From Octopus bimaculoides (lineage: Eukaryota): 40,734 nucleotides of DNA. The position numbers were made by a program, and so were the translations under genes. Of the stretch, positions 1 to 12,590 are shown piece after piece (positions within the stretch are counted from its first letter, which is position 1; each line of letters begins with the position of its first letter). The DNA lies in the NCBI RefSeq assembly GCF_001194135.2, contig NC_068998.1, forward strand, positions 22,090,813 through 22,131,546, given 5' to 3'. The notes beneath the pieces are model-generated. The model was not told where the DNA came from. It saw nothing but the letters and a program-made list of their open reading frames with translations, and searched no databases.

Positions 1-119
1 ATATATATATATATATAGAACGGTATAGTCATAGATTTAAAGTTATGTATTTACAAAATTTCTGTTAGATTATTTATTTTTTATGATAAATGCGTTCTTA
101 CATAGCGTCTTGCATCTTT

Positions 120-785
120 TTGGATCTAGTCGGAATTGTTTGCCTATCTTATATTGTGTTCGGTGAACCATCATCTTGTTGACCATTTTTGCAACAATGG
201 AAAACAGACTGATCTCTCTGTAACTTTCAGTGTCACTTAGGTCTCCAGATTTGGGCAGTGGTAGCAAGGCTATCTCAGACCATGGTTCTGGCTTCACATT
301 GTCATTTAGTAGTTTGTTTGCAAATTCAAGGATGATGTCGTCTAAATCGCTTCTGTTGGGATGTTGTCAGGACTAGTTTCTTTTCCTTCTTTAGGTTACA
401 TGTAGCTCTTTCTATTTCTTGTTTTGTGAAGGCGCCATCCTAGACTTGTAAACCGTCGAGTGTCTTTGCTAATTCTTAAGTTTCACTTTCACTGTCAACT
501 TATGGATCCTTCCCAAGTAAGTTGTAGAAATGAGTGTACCACTCCTGGATTCGCTCGTTCTTTGGTTTCCCTTTGATGATCCCCTGTTTTGCAGCTTTGC
601 TACCAGTGATGGAGTTAATCAATCTCCACCTTTCTCCGTGCCTACTCTTTGCGTCTGCATTTTCGACCTGGGAGATCATTTAACCCAGTTCCTCTTCTTG
701 AATCTCTTGCTACATCTGTTTTAGACCCTCTTTCTTTCTTTGTAAAGTTGTTTCGTATTGCTGTTGGCAGTTGGAGAATGAGAAT
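120..785 (-). mobile_element. RTE-clade-like LINE fragment (linker region and start of RT), degenerate
   Basis: The minus strand translates with frameshifts to EEELG*MISQVENADAKSRHGERWRLINSITG...IQEWYTHFYNLLG, DGAFTKQEIERATCNLK..TSPDNIPTEA and KPEPWSEIALLPLPKSGDLSDTESYREISLFSIVAKMVNKM. The last matches the P-x-P-K-x-GD-L...YRxISL motif at the start of non-LTR RT. Confidence 0.8.
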
Positions 786-859
786 CACATATAACACCCT
801 CCCTAATATAGGTACGATTATAACCCGATTGAACAGCTAAAACATAGACTTAGCCCACG

Positions 860-1287
<428 letters not shown>

Positions 1288-1799
1288 CAGTAGTTTTATT
1301 TTTATAACGTGCTTTCACTTCACTACCAAGCGCAGCTCTGTGCGCCTTGGGTATGTGCTGTGGTTTGCTGTGGTGCTCTTATGTTTACTGTATTGAAATT
1401 GTTTTGCGTACAATGTGTGCAGTACCCAGTAGCACAATTTTCTGTATGCTATATATATTTGTAAGTCCTGGTGTTTTTGTTATGTATTTGTCTGAATATT
1501 TTTTTATTATACATGAGGCACCTACTATGATAGGAATTGTTTGTGTTTTTAGATTCCACATTCGAGTTATCTCTATTTCCAGGTCTTTGTATTTTGAAAG
1601 TTTTTCCATTTCTTTTAGAGAAACGTTGTCATCTGCTGGTATTGATACATCAATTAAAAAGCATTTTTTTCTTCATGATCTTTGACAACTATATCTGGTC
1701 TATTTGCCTTAATTTCTCTATCTGTGTGTATTGGCATATCCCAGAGTATGGTTGCTTTCTCGTTTTCTGTGACCTTTTCTGGCGTGTGTTTATACCATC

Positions 1800-1802
<3 letters not shown>
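1288..1802 (-). mobile_element. R4/Dong-clade non-LTR retrotransposon, 5'-truncated 3' end (REL endonuclease + 3' UTR)
   Basis: Minus strand: WYKHTPEKVTENEKATILWDMPIHTDREIKANRPDIVVKDHEEK..FLIDVSIPADDNVSLKEMEKLSKYKDLEIEITRMW...LLGTAHIVRKTISIQ*, which contains the RPD..D..E.K.KY restriction-like endonuclease motif. The 3' UTR ends ...AAAACTACTG(AAT)n. Confidence 0.9.

Positions 1803-1877
<75 letters not shown>
1803..1877. repeat. (TTA)n microsatellite between two head-to-head R4 copies
   Basis: About 25 perfect TTA units read directly. Confidence 0.95.
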
Positions 1878-1878
<1 letters not shown>

Positions 1879-3656
1879 GGCAGACACTCTCTCCACTCCT
1901 TTTCTGCTTGACTCTGACTTGGTACTTGACTCTGACTTGGCACTGACTCCGTCATCTCACGTGCTAAACAGAACTGGATGTGGCTACATCTGTTACGTCA
2001 ACACCTTCAGCCAACTCTTATTTATGGATAAACTAAAACTGTACGCTACAAATGACAAATAGCTGGGAACAGTACTACAGATAGTAAATGGATATACCAA
2101 AGAAATAAACATGAAATTTAACTTAGAAAAATGTGCCAAAGCAACCTTGACAAGAGGAAAAGTAGCTTCCAGTAGCGACATCACACTAAATAAACAAGTG
2201 AAATAATAGAATTAGACGAAAGGCAGACATACAAATACTTAGGAATAAATGAACTAGATACAATATAACACACACACAAATGAAAGAGAAGATAAGACAA
2301 TAATACTATAGAGGAGTTAGATTAATGCTGTAAACAGTGCTCAATGCTAAAATCAAGATAATAGGTATCAACACTTTAGCCATCCCAGTTATAATTTAGA
2401 GCTATAAAATTCTTAACTGGACATGAAATGAACTAATCAAAATAGACAGGTAAACAAGAAAAATAACGACAGGATTTAGGATGCAACACCTAAATTGTGA
2501 CACAGACAGGTTATATTAATAAATACAACGTATGGAAGGTGGTAGGGGCCTTATAGAGTTAGAAATCTATTACGAAATAACCTCTATAGTACTACAGAAA
2601 TACCTACATCAGAAGCAAGGAAAACTAATACAAATAGCCATAAAATACGAACAAAACAAAAACAAACGTTTTCAGTTTTTAATGAAGTTGACAAATGTAA
2701 AAACAAACAAGTCATATTACCATACAACTATGAAGGAAAAGAAGAAACAACAAAAGCTGTAAAGCAAAGGAAATCCAAGCTAAACCTGGAACAGCAACGG
2801 ATCATAATAAAACGACGGTAAGAAAAGCCTCTTCATGGCAAATACTGGATTAAAATAAATAGAAAATACATTAGCAAAGCGAAATCCCAAAAATGGTTGA
2901 AGGATGTTTAATTGCAGTACAAGACCAAAGCCTGCCCGCCAGAAATTAGCAAAAGCATGTAATGAAAAGAAATACAACAACCAATTGTAGAATATGTGGA
3001 GATGGACAAGAAACAATAAATCATATTGGCTTTGGCTGCCCAGTCCTAGCTAAGAAGGAATATACTCACAGACACAACAGAGTTGGGATCTATATACACT
3101 GGAAGCTGTGCCATCAGTATGGAATAACAACAAAAATATGATATAGGCACACACCAGAAAAGGCCACAGAAAATGAGAAAGCCACCATACGATGGGATAT
3201 GCCCATACATACAGATAGAGGAATTAAGACCAATAGGCCGGATATAGTTGTTAGATATCATCAACAAAAAATGTTTTTTAATTGATGTACCAATACCTAG
3301 AGATGACAATGCTTCTCTAAAAGAAAGGGAGAAACTTTCAAAATACAAAATCCTGGAAGTAGAGGTAACTCGAATTTGGAGTCTAAACACAGAAACAATT
3401 TTTATCATAGTATTAGGTATGATTAAAAATTATTGAGACAGATGCATAACAAAAACACCAGGAGTAACAAGTATATATAACATATCAAAAACAGCACCAC
3501 TAGGCACTGCACATATCCTACCTAAAACACTTTCAATACAGTAAAAATGACATCTTCATAACAAACCATAGCATATACCCAAGGCACACACCTCTGCAAT
3601 CGATAGTGCAATGAAAACACTTGATAAAAATAAGACTACAGAATAATAATAATAAT
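1878..3656 (+). mobile_element. R4/Dong-clade non-LTR retrotransposon, 5'-truncated within RT (RT C-half, CCHC, REL, 3' UTR, (AAT)n tail), degenerate
   Basis: Plus strand with stops/frameshifts: DTLSPLLFCL..ALTP.SHVLNRTGCGY, SQLLFMDKLKLY (YMDD-equivalent), MKFNLEKCAK, YKYLG, KPLHGKY, CRICGDGQETINH...CPVLA (CCHC), WDMPIHTDRGIKTNRPDIVV...LIDVPIPRDDNASLKEREKLSKY. The 3' UTR is homologous to the 1288 copy and ends GACTACAG(AAT)5. Confidence 0.9.
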
Positions 3657-4374
3657 ATCTGCAGGTGGAGGTGTAGGGTAGAATCTCAATGCCCGTTATT
3701 GGGTCGCTATTGATACAAATGTACAATAATGAAGAAAACTAATAACTTCATTTACATTGGTTTCTCTGAAAATATAAAGAATCGCCTAAATAACCATAAA
3801 GCCAACAGTACGTCATTATCTATGGAAATCTGTTAACTCAAGGGTATTAACATTGAATTTAGCATAAATGGGATATAGTCTGTTGAATTCAGTCATGCAA
3901 AAATAGCCGATATGGATGTGAACTTTGTTGTTTGGAAATTTATGAATTTATTAAATATAGAGATAAGCAAAACATAATTAATAATAAATTGGAACTTAGA
4001 GTATGAGTATCTTGTCTAAATAGGATTACCCGTACCTTCAAATAATTTAGAAGTAGATAATAATAAGCATATCATACTATAATTTGGTAGCATGAGATAT
4101 CCGAGGTGTCACATCATTCATAACATATCTTCTGTTATCTAGAAATATATGTAATATTGCTCTCTAATATCACTTAACCATTTTAATCTGCATTCCTTCA
4201 ATATTTATATTTCATATATTCCTGTTTAGTAATAGAATTTTCTTCCCTTATAGTTATGATATATAAATTGTCAACGGATTACTTAATCTTGCGCCTCCCC
4301 TAAGTATAAGCTATACCCCATAGGAACTGTTAGAATTCTACATAAATCAGTATCTCTGATATAGTTTACAATTA

Positions 4375-5626
4375 TTAAGTTGTTCCGAAAATAATGGCCG
4401 CTCTAAGTGTTGTGCTGTGAAACACAATTTTATCATAGTATTTTAATTATATTTTAGGTGAATTTCGATATTCTTAAAAATTGATGTAAGCTCTTTAATA
4501 ATTTTCTACTTATTTCAGACAGAAAACATTCTTGAAGTATAGGCACCCTTAATTATGAACATGGCAAAAAAGGGCCTTCGCTTAATTTTCTTCCATAAGT
4601 TCAAGTTTGGGCACGATGCCGCCCAAACTGCTGCCAATATCAACAGAGCTAAAAGAGAGGGGTCCAGAAGTGATCGCAGAGTACGTAGGTGGTTTCAGAA
4701 ACTCCGACGTGGTGATGAGAACCTTGAAGATGAAGAGGAGGGTTATGCAGCCTTCACAATGAACAATTGAAAGCAATTGTTGAACAAAAGCCACGTCAAA
4801 ATGTCAGAGACATGTCTAAGGCGCTTATTGTCGGTACTGCAACGGTCCCACGCAATCTGCAGAAGATTGGTAAGGTGAGAAAGCTCGATAAATAAGTACT
4901 GCATGAGCTCAATGGAAATCAAAAAGTTCAGTGATTTGAAGTGTGCACGATTCTCTTTCTGCGAAACACCAAAGTTCATTTTCTTGACCGAATAGTGTCT
5001 TGTGACGAAAAGAGGTTCCTTTATGATAACCGTAAACGATCAGATCAGTGGCTCGATCGTGATGAGTCGCCCTTACATTTTCCAAAGCCAAAGTCGCATC
5101 AGCAAAAGATTATGATGACTGTCTGTTGGTCTGCAATTGTTGTCCATTAGAGTTTCTGGAAGCCAATCAGAGTATTACAGCTGAGGAACACTGTAATCAA
5201 CTTGCTGAAATGCATGCTCACTTGCAAACATGATACGTGCATTGGTGACTCGGTGTGACTCAATTCTTCTCCAGCATAAGGCAAAGGCACACGTTGCAAG
5301 AATGACGCATTAGAAACTCACAGACTTGGGATACGAGACTTTGCGACATCCTCTATATTGTCCTGATCCTTCACCACTAACTACCATTTTTAAGCATTTG
5401 TACACGTTTTTAAGTGATAAAACTTTCAGGTCCAACCAGAAGTGGAATCAGCTTTCAATGATTTCTTAGCATCAAAACCAATAAGTTTTTATCATCGTGT
5501 CATAAAGAATCTCGTTGATCGATGGGAGAGATGTATAGATGTTGACTAATCAAAACATTTCTATTATTAATTTTTCCAGAATAAAATTATGTTCTGAAAT
5601 CGACCATTATTTTCGGAACAATGTAA
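4375..5626 (+). mobile_element. Near full-length mariner (DD34D; TIR resembles cecropia/Hsmar1 type), transposase pseudogene
   Basis: Left TIR TTAAGTTGTTCCGAAAATAATGGCCGCT (4375). The right TIR reads TTACATTGTTCCGAAAATAATGGTCGAT in reverse complement (ends 5626). TA flanks both ends; length about 1.25 kb. Translation: MAKKGLRLIFFHKFKFGHDAAQTAANIN..VRRWFQKLRRGDENLEDE, *VLHEL (WVPHEL), FLDRIVSCDEKRFLYDN, and degenerate HDNA and YSPDL motifs. Confidence 0.92.
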
Positions 5627-6281
5627 TATTTCAAACACCTATTTCCAATTTATTTATTCTTTAATTAACGTTTGTCATACTTCACCTTGATGTATCCTTA
5701 TTTATATTTTTTTAAAATCTCTTGTATACCTTTTATATCATCCGCAATGATATATTTCATTTTATAAATTCTGTAAAAAAAAATCATATAAAAATATTTT
5801 ATCTTTTATTTATATTCTTTATTTTATATTTTTCATACTTTCTGACATTAATTAATTGAAACATAGCTGATAAAACCCAATGGATTTAATTCTAAATGGT
5901 TGTAGACTATATGCTGCATAAAATCTTATAATTATAAATAAAAAAAAAACTGTCTCATTACTCCTAAATCTTGATCTCCGCTATTTTCCTCTGCTACTCT
6001 CTAAATTATACCAGGCCTGAATAGATATGCATTATCCACTGTATTCATTCTGCCACAAATATAACATAATGAAACAATGTAATTATTTTGGTTTCTAGTA
6101 CTGATTTAAATTTACTATAAATGCTAAACATGGTTTATCATTTATGATGGAAATCTATATGGTCATCAGGTTCTGAAGAGAGCGCTTTCTTTCAAATTGA
6201 TGTAATGGTTTCATTGATCGATTAAATGGAGTCGCTTGAAACGGCTGTAATGCATTGATACCTGGACATCCATGTTACTTA

Positions 6282-6409
6282 TACGCGTTATATATATATA
6301 TATATATATATAAAACATCCATGTTACTTATTTGCATTATATACACACACACACANNNNNNNNNNNNNNNNNNNNNNNNNNNNNNNNNNNNNNNNNNNNN
6401 NNNNNNNNN

Positions 6410-6455
<46 letters not shown>

Positions 6456-6460
6456 GTGGT
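6282..6460. repeat. (TA)n/(CA)n microsatellites around the N-gap at 6356-6409
   Basis: Read directly. Confidence 0.9.
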
Positions 6461-7357
6461 AGCTGTTTATTTTACCAATATCATATAGTAGGAATATAAT
6501 ACCTGCTTAGGTAAACCGAAGTTAATCTTTATTTAGTTATGCATCTTGCATTTCTAGATATCTAAGTGCTGTGTTTTATCTTATAATGTAATGTAACCTA
6601 TACTATATGATATATTTATATTATTAATAATGTTTAGTTGAAATCTTTCATTCTGAAGCAAATTACAAATGTCAGTCCATTATAGTTGAGTAATATAAAA
6701 GGAATTTTGAACTAGTATCATCATAGAAATAATATGAAACCAATATTTTAACTATCGTGGATATTTGTACATGTTTATATCTTGTCTACTGTTATGGCTA
6801 ATAATATACGACAAACGGTAGGGGGATGTGCTATCTTGTCCTCTTGTTTGCCTTATTGATCAAGTCCAGGATAATGCTGGGTGTGGTACAAGAGGCATCA
6901 CCTTGCAGGTGTGCTAAAAAAAATACACTGGTACACTTGCACTGTAGCGGTGCTCTCCGCCACGCTGGACCGGAACAATTATAGAAGTGTCACCTCGAGG
7001 ATTTTAGAAGTGACACCTCAATGATTACGATGATGACGAAGACGACGACGATGATGTATATTAAAAATGCTGTACAAGACTTGATCTGGAAATCTTAACA
7101 AGAAAGTCGCATAGTTAAGCTCTTTTACTGGTAGAGAGATAATTCCAAAGTTAGAGTTAGAGTTAATAGAAGCTAAGTTTTACGGTTAAGAAGTTAACCG
7201 ACTGTGATTTTTCAAATATAATCATTAAATACGGTTAATTGATAAGATGGTTGTTGATTAAAATTGATGAGAGAGACATGTGAAAGAAATAGGAGTGGAT
7301 TAAGTGAGACTAAACTTATTCTCTTTCTACTTTGTTTGTCTTCTTAAAACGAAAGTC

Positions 7358-7431
<74 letters not shown>
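7358..7431. repeat. (AG)n microsatellite
   Basis: About 35 AG units read directly; explains the RERE ORF. Confidence 0.95.
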
Positions 7432-7434
<3 letters not shown>

Positions 7435-7789
7435 GAGAAAGATAAAGATAGAGAGGGAAAGAGAGGGAAGGAAAGGATTAGTTTGTATTAGCTTTTAAAA
7501 AGAATATATATTATTTACAAGAGTTCTTGGATTTGTTATTGTGTAATTATGTGTTTAGGCAAATAAACATTATAAATGTAAAGACAGACAAATCTTAGTA
7601 CTCATTAGCGAAAAAAGTAAGAAAAATAATTCAACGTACCTTATTATTATATTCACTTGAATATAGAAATAAATGGAAGCATTGGTTTGTTTTTGAAATC
7701 TTAATTAAAAAATTTAGACTCATTATGCAAACATCAGAAACAAATCATTGCTTCTTTTTAATTCCTTTGGTACGAACAATTACGCATAT

Positions 7790-8140
7790 GATTACACTGT
7801 GTGAGGCAGCTTCTTCCCGGACAACAAGCAATGCTGCGTATCGTTCAGAAAGTCATTTACTGTTAGGAACAATATCTGTTTCGTTCTTTATGATTCGTTT
7901 CATGATTTTACTTATATGTGAAATTAGAGAGTTTGGCCTGTGGTCTTTAGCTCCTGCTCTGCTCACATCTCTGTGGATAGAACGTACAATGCCTCCTTTT
8001 ATCTTCTTAGGAAGTTTTCAACTTGCAAAAGCCTCTCGTAAATTATATGAAGTAGTTTCACTAAAGCTTACTTACATGACTTCAGAAGAATACCGAAGCA
8101 ACCATAGGGGCCAGTTACTGAACTTGAGCTCATTTCCTCT
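7790..8140 (-). mobile_element. LINE (CR1/L2/Jockey-group) RT N-terminal fragment
   Basis: Minus strand: EMSSSSVTGPYGCFGILLKSCK, KLPKKIKGGIVRSIH, AKDHRPNSLISHISKIMKRII, LNDTQHC..GRSCLT. These correspond to the GPDG, NYRPISLTS..K..ERII and QHGFRPGRSCLT motifs. Confidence 0.8.
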
Positions 8141-8500
8141 TTACATCCGCCGATATCGGTTTAGCTATTATTTCCGCATGTACTGTTTGGCATACCTCTA
8201 ATTTAATTATCCCTTTCATTCGATTCCATATTTTCGATATCTTATAATTATCCACCTGTAATGAGGATATTAATCCTTGTCTTGATTTAATATATACTAT
8301 ATACTTTTACTCAAATAATAATTTAATTCATTTATAATTTCATTGTGGAATGATTTTATCACGACCACCATAACAATATGCTTAGAAAAGGCCTTATGAA
8401 ATTTCTCTTATATATTAAAGTACCCCACTATCTGGATATATGGAAATATAAGATGTATAATTAAATAAAGAGATTTCCATATAGGATAAACTTCCGGTGT

Positions 8501-9098
8501 TTACTACAATGCTTGGAACGAATGTGTGTAGCGTGTAATCGTCACAATGATCATGACAGAGAAATTTGAGCAAAGATTCTGCATTAAATTTTGCCAAAAT
8601 CTTGATGATACCTGCTCAGAGGCCTACGCAAAGTTTTCCAAACGTTTTCATCGTTCTCGACACAATCCAAGAGATCTTGGTAACTGAAACTCGAGTATAT
8701 CTTTGGTCGCTTAAAGCTGTTTTAGCACAAACTTTGTAGTCACGCGTCTCATACCCAAATCTTCAGTGATAATGGACTGAACTGAACCGTAACTCATCTG
8801 CACATTGTCTGATAAGTCACAGATGGTGATTCGACGATTTCCCCTCACAGCTGCACGCACATGTGCAATGCTTTTCTCAGTTCTGCCAGTTTCGGGTCTT
8901 CCAGAACGTTCGTCATTTTCGACAATTTTTAGGCGATCTTGGAAACATCTGAATCACTCGTACACTTGTGTGCAACTCATACGCTCTTATCCATACTTTC
9001 TGCAACTTTGCGTAGGCCTCTCAGCTGGTAGAACTTTCTCTGTCATCGTCAATTCGCCAATCACACACTACATACGTTCCTTCCAAGCGCTACTGTAA
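8501..9098 (-). mobile_element. Rearranged mariner: minus-strand 5' half fused to an inverted second copy of the 5' end
   Basis: Minus 8640-9030: EAYAKLQK..YEWFRCFQ..VENDERSGRPETGRTEKSIAHVRAAVRGNRRITICDLSDNVQMSYGSVQSIITEDLGMRRVTTKFVLKQL (HTH region of mariner transposase). Plus 8555-8635: EQRFCIKFCQNLDDTCSEAYAK (mariner N-terminus). Confidence 0.85.
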
Positions 9099-9419
9099 TC
9101 AGTGAAAATATATATATACATACAAATTATTATAGCATAATTTGTAAAATTTACCTAAAAGTTTTGTTTTTTTTACGCACTGGCTACATGGTAAAATTAT
9201 TACTGATTGTACCCTATATTATTAATGCATATGTGTGTGTGTGTGTGCATGTATGTATGTATGTATGTATGTATGTATGTATATACATGGTCATAATTTT
9301 GCTTAGAACTTGTTTCTTAGTGTGTATTGGTTTCATGTTTTCTCTCTGTCTTTACTCCTGCCAAAAGGAAAGAGATAATAAGATGAAATGTGTGGCATTT
9401 AGTTGATCCACATTTTAGC

Positions 9420-9686
9420 TCATGGCTCAAGTTGCGGAAGAGCTTTCTCGTGAAATTACCGTGCAAGTGGTTGAGCATCCTAAACGTAGTTCTGAGGGAG
9501 ATTTAGCGTAATGCAGAGTCTGACAGGGCTGGGCCTTTGAAATGGAGGTACTACTCATGTTTGCCATCTGAATGGACAGGAGCATCATTAAATAAAGTGT
9601 CTTGCGCAAGAACATAACTCTTTACCGGGAATTAAACTCACGACCTTACGATCATGAGCCGAATGCTCTAAACACTAAGCTACGCA

Positions 9687-9690
<4 letters not shown>
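9420..9690 (-). mobile_element. tRNA-derived SINE with CORE-like segment (same family as 34635-34922)
   Basis: Minus strand: A-box-like GTAGCTTAGTGTTTAGAGC, B-box-like GTGAGTTTAATTCCC, then TTCTTGCGCAAGACACTTTATTT (resembles the CORE motif GTGACCTTGGGCAAGTCACTT). The body motif TTACGCTAAATCTCCC..AGAACTAC is shared with the 34635 copy. Confidence 0.8.
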
Positions 9691-9746
<56 letters not shown>

Positions 9747-9800
9747 CTCTCACACACACACACGTACGCACACACAAACACACGCGCGCACATATACACA
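9691..9800. repeat. (CA)n microsatellite
   Basis: Read directly. Confidence 0.95.
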
Positions 9801-9899
9801 CACATATATGTGTATGTATTTATCAATATTATATAAACATAATGCATGCAATCTAGAAGTTTCCCGACATTTGAAGGAGAGCCACTTATTAATTTTAAA

Positions 9900-10340
9900 G
9901 AAGTACGAAACTCCCTCCGATGTAATATCCTCTGACCTCAATGTACCAGTTTGTGAAGCTCCAGAGTAGTCCTGAAAGGGGAAGATATCCAGGATATTTG
10001 TCATAGCCTCTTTCTGTTTCTTCATTTTGGGAACAATCAGAGGTCACTAGAAGCAAGATTAGGACTGTAGGAAGGGAGAGGGATCGTTTTGATACCTGAT
10101 TCTGCCAAGTAGTTGGCTACCAGGACCGGACTCTGGACTGTTGCATTGTTATTGTCCGGTGCTCTGGCTTTTTGCAACGAAATCTCTACCTGAACTTCAA
10201 CAATACCTCCACAAAGTAAACTTTGTTGAGCGTCTGACCTAGTGGGTGTACGTTACTCTCTTGCTATCGAAAAAGAGGATCATCGTAAGCTTTCCGCTGG
10301 ACTAGCTTTGCTTGGCCTCTTATGTCAGCGAAAACAGATT
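9900..10340 (-). mobile_element. Mariner transposase C-terminal (catalytic) fragment
   Basis: Minus strand: KLxMILFFDSK, QTLNKVYFVEVLLKFR, DNNATVQSPVLVANYLAESGIKTIPLPSYSPNLASSDL*LFPK (HDNA and YSPDL motifs), and a degenerate CIEVRGDY end. Confidence 0.8.
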
Positions 10341-11959
10341 CTCTCATATATTTTAAACGGTATGCAGTCTAGGGCATTTTTTCTTCAATTTAACAGAAAA
10401 TCTTATAGAATTGCGAGCTTCCTAGTGGTATTCTGCAACTTAGCTGTGACAAGCCGTGTTGAGTAGCGTGTGTAGAAAGTGCCATCCTTCACTCTTGAAT
10501 AACGCAAATTGGCAGGACAACTGAGTAAAGTAGAATAATGATAGTATAAAATTGCAGTCATTTAGGGGAGTTATGACAGCCACTCCTAAAAATTGAGAAA
10601 CCATTTGGATTGGACCTCGTACACATATGCAACTTGATGTTTTGCTAAAAAATGTTGTGGTAGGAGAACCTCCATATCTATATGTATTGACATTTGTTTT
10701 GGGAGAAAATTTGTATTGTAAGAATAAATCGCTTTGTTGCTTAATCGTACAATTCCAAAATAATTTAATTTAGACAACATTCTATTTATTTCAGAATACA
10801 TAGAATTAGGCTCTTGTGTATGTTTTTTCACTTTAACTAAACTGAAACTTATGAAAGAAGCCTGAATGGATTTTGTTTTGCAATTCTGCTTTGTTAATAT
10901 TTTAAGCTACATTCTGTGTTGCAAAATATTTCATGCCATGAAATCTTTCTTACGACATGGTACTCAAGATATTTCTTTAATTGAATCTCTCGACTCTGAA
11001 ATCACCTTGAAACACAACACATTATTGATGACAATTTCTAAAATAATGTATGTTAAAATGTTTAACGGATTTATCAAATTACACTGAAACTCTATATTTT
11101 CACCTAAAATATAAAAACAATAAATAAATCTGCCCAATGTTTTTTTGTATATACATTTTTATAGATCTCTTCGTTTATTCTAAGAAAATGGCTTTCTCAG
11201 ATATCTATTATTGTTTATGTATTTATATTGGACATGTTTCTAGATGACAGTAGCCGCAATTCCTATAATATCAGCAGTTTACTCAAACACATTATAGCTT
11301 TATCTATTTTCTTTTTGAAAAACTTTTGCCGACAGAGAATTCTTCCTATTTGCTGACCAACTAGGGCGTTAGGAACTTTTTTGATAATGAATGCTTTATC
11401 ATGTCAAGTTGAAGCATAGATTTTTTAGGTGAATTTTGTCCATCATATTAACTACTTAACAGAAAAACTAACACGCCGAAATATGGAAGTGAGAAGAATA
11501 TAGAATGATATATTTTATTTATTGACTAAGTACATAACAATGTTTGTTTATTTGAATGTGTAAATCTTCAATGCAATTTGTAGTAACTGTGAACATATAA
11601 TGAACAGAATAAAATAAAACTAAATTGACGTGATGAAAACTTATATTCAATCCTTAATGCAGCCACGCTCTGAGATTCAGTCTACAAACCTTCAGATTAT
11701 TGTATCATAAAGTGTATTATATCAAATGAATTTCGGTAAAGATCAAACTGCCGATAGAAAAGCCAGTTTCATCGAAATGCAGTTTTTTTAATTTTCATAC
11801 TTTCAAAACCCTCATGGAATGGGGAACATTCATCTTCCGGCTTAAGTTTGCATATATCCTAAGACATTGCAAAAGAATCTATGAGTTAGCGAGGATAAAA
11901 GAATACTGAACTGGTTATAATTATTTCAAACCTGAGTGCATTATTAAATGTCATGTGAA

Positions 11960-12190
11960 GACAGCGAGAAGGCAGGGTCGTTAGCAGCTGGACAAAATGC
12001 TTAGCGGTATTTCTTCCGTTTTTACTTATGGAGTTCAAATTCCACCAAAGTGGACTTTGCTTTTCTTCCTTTCGGGGTATAAAATAAATAAATATAAAAT
12101 AAATACCAGTTCCAGTACTGTGGGTGATGTACGTGACCTGTACTCTGCCCCAAAATGTCAAGCATTGTGCCTAAAGCACAAAGGTTTATT
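11960..12190 (+). mobile_element. tRNA-derived SINE (abundant family, also at 12262, 12488, 15838, 19404, 34388)
   Basis: GTTAGCAGCTGGACAAAATGCTTAGCGGTATTTC...GAGTTCAAATTCCACC (B box)...GACTTTGCTTTTCTTCCTTTCGGGG...ACCAGTT...TTGTGCCTA. Collinear with the cleaner copy at 34388. Confidence 0.85.
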
Positions 12191-12261
12191 AAATATACTG
12201 TAAAGGTGATGAACTGGAAGAATCGTAAGCACGCCTTATATTTTAGCTGAATTTCGACCAT

Positions 12262-12410
12262 ATATACGTTCTGAGTTCAAATATCAGACTTTGCTTTTTC
12301 ACCGTTTGTGAGTTAATAGAATAAGTACCAGTTGAGAACGGGATTCAATGTAATTGACTTCACTGTACACGCAAAACTTCTAGCCTTGTGCCTATATTAT
12401 TAAGGATTAT
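12262..12410 (+). mobile_element. 5'-truncated copy of the same SINE family
   Basis: ACGTTCTGAGTTCAAAT..GACTTTGCTTTTCA..AAGTACCAGTTG..GCCTTGTGCCTATA..GGATTATT. Confidence 0.75.
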
Positions 12411-12487
12411 TAAATGCTATGAAAGCTGCAAGTTGGCAGCATTGTAATAACTTTGTATAAAATACTTTGGTGTAGTCTACTGACAGC

Positions 12488-12590
12488 ACCTTCTGAGTTG
12501 AAATTCTGTGTAAGTTGATTTTGTTGGCATCCTTTCGAGGACGTCAGAATATATAATACTTGTGTGCTGGGATCGATGCAATCGGCTATC
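12488..12590 (+). mobile_element. Degenerate fragment of the same SINE family
   Basis: TTCTGAGTTGAAATTC..TTGATTTTG..CATCCTTTCGAGG..GCTGGGATCGATGCAATCG. Confidence 0.55.

Noticed and set aside
6820-7070. Possible SINE remnant ending in (GAT/GAC)n; similar faint remnants near 22540-22790 and 35980-36070
   Set aside because: Too degenerate to align confidently to any family in this window.
7725-8201. 158-aa plus-strand ORF
   Set aside because: It is the antisense shadow of the minus-strand LINE RT fragment.
10586-11087. Short ORFs that might be host exons
   Set aside because: No recognisable domain in any frame I translated and no convincing splice-site pair. The same applies to candidates near 12680, 24000 and 32050.
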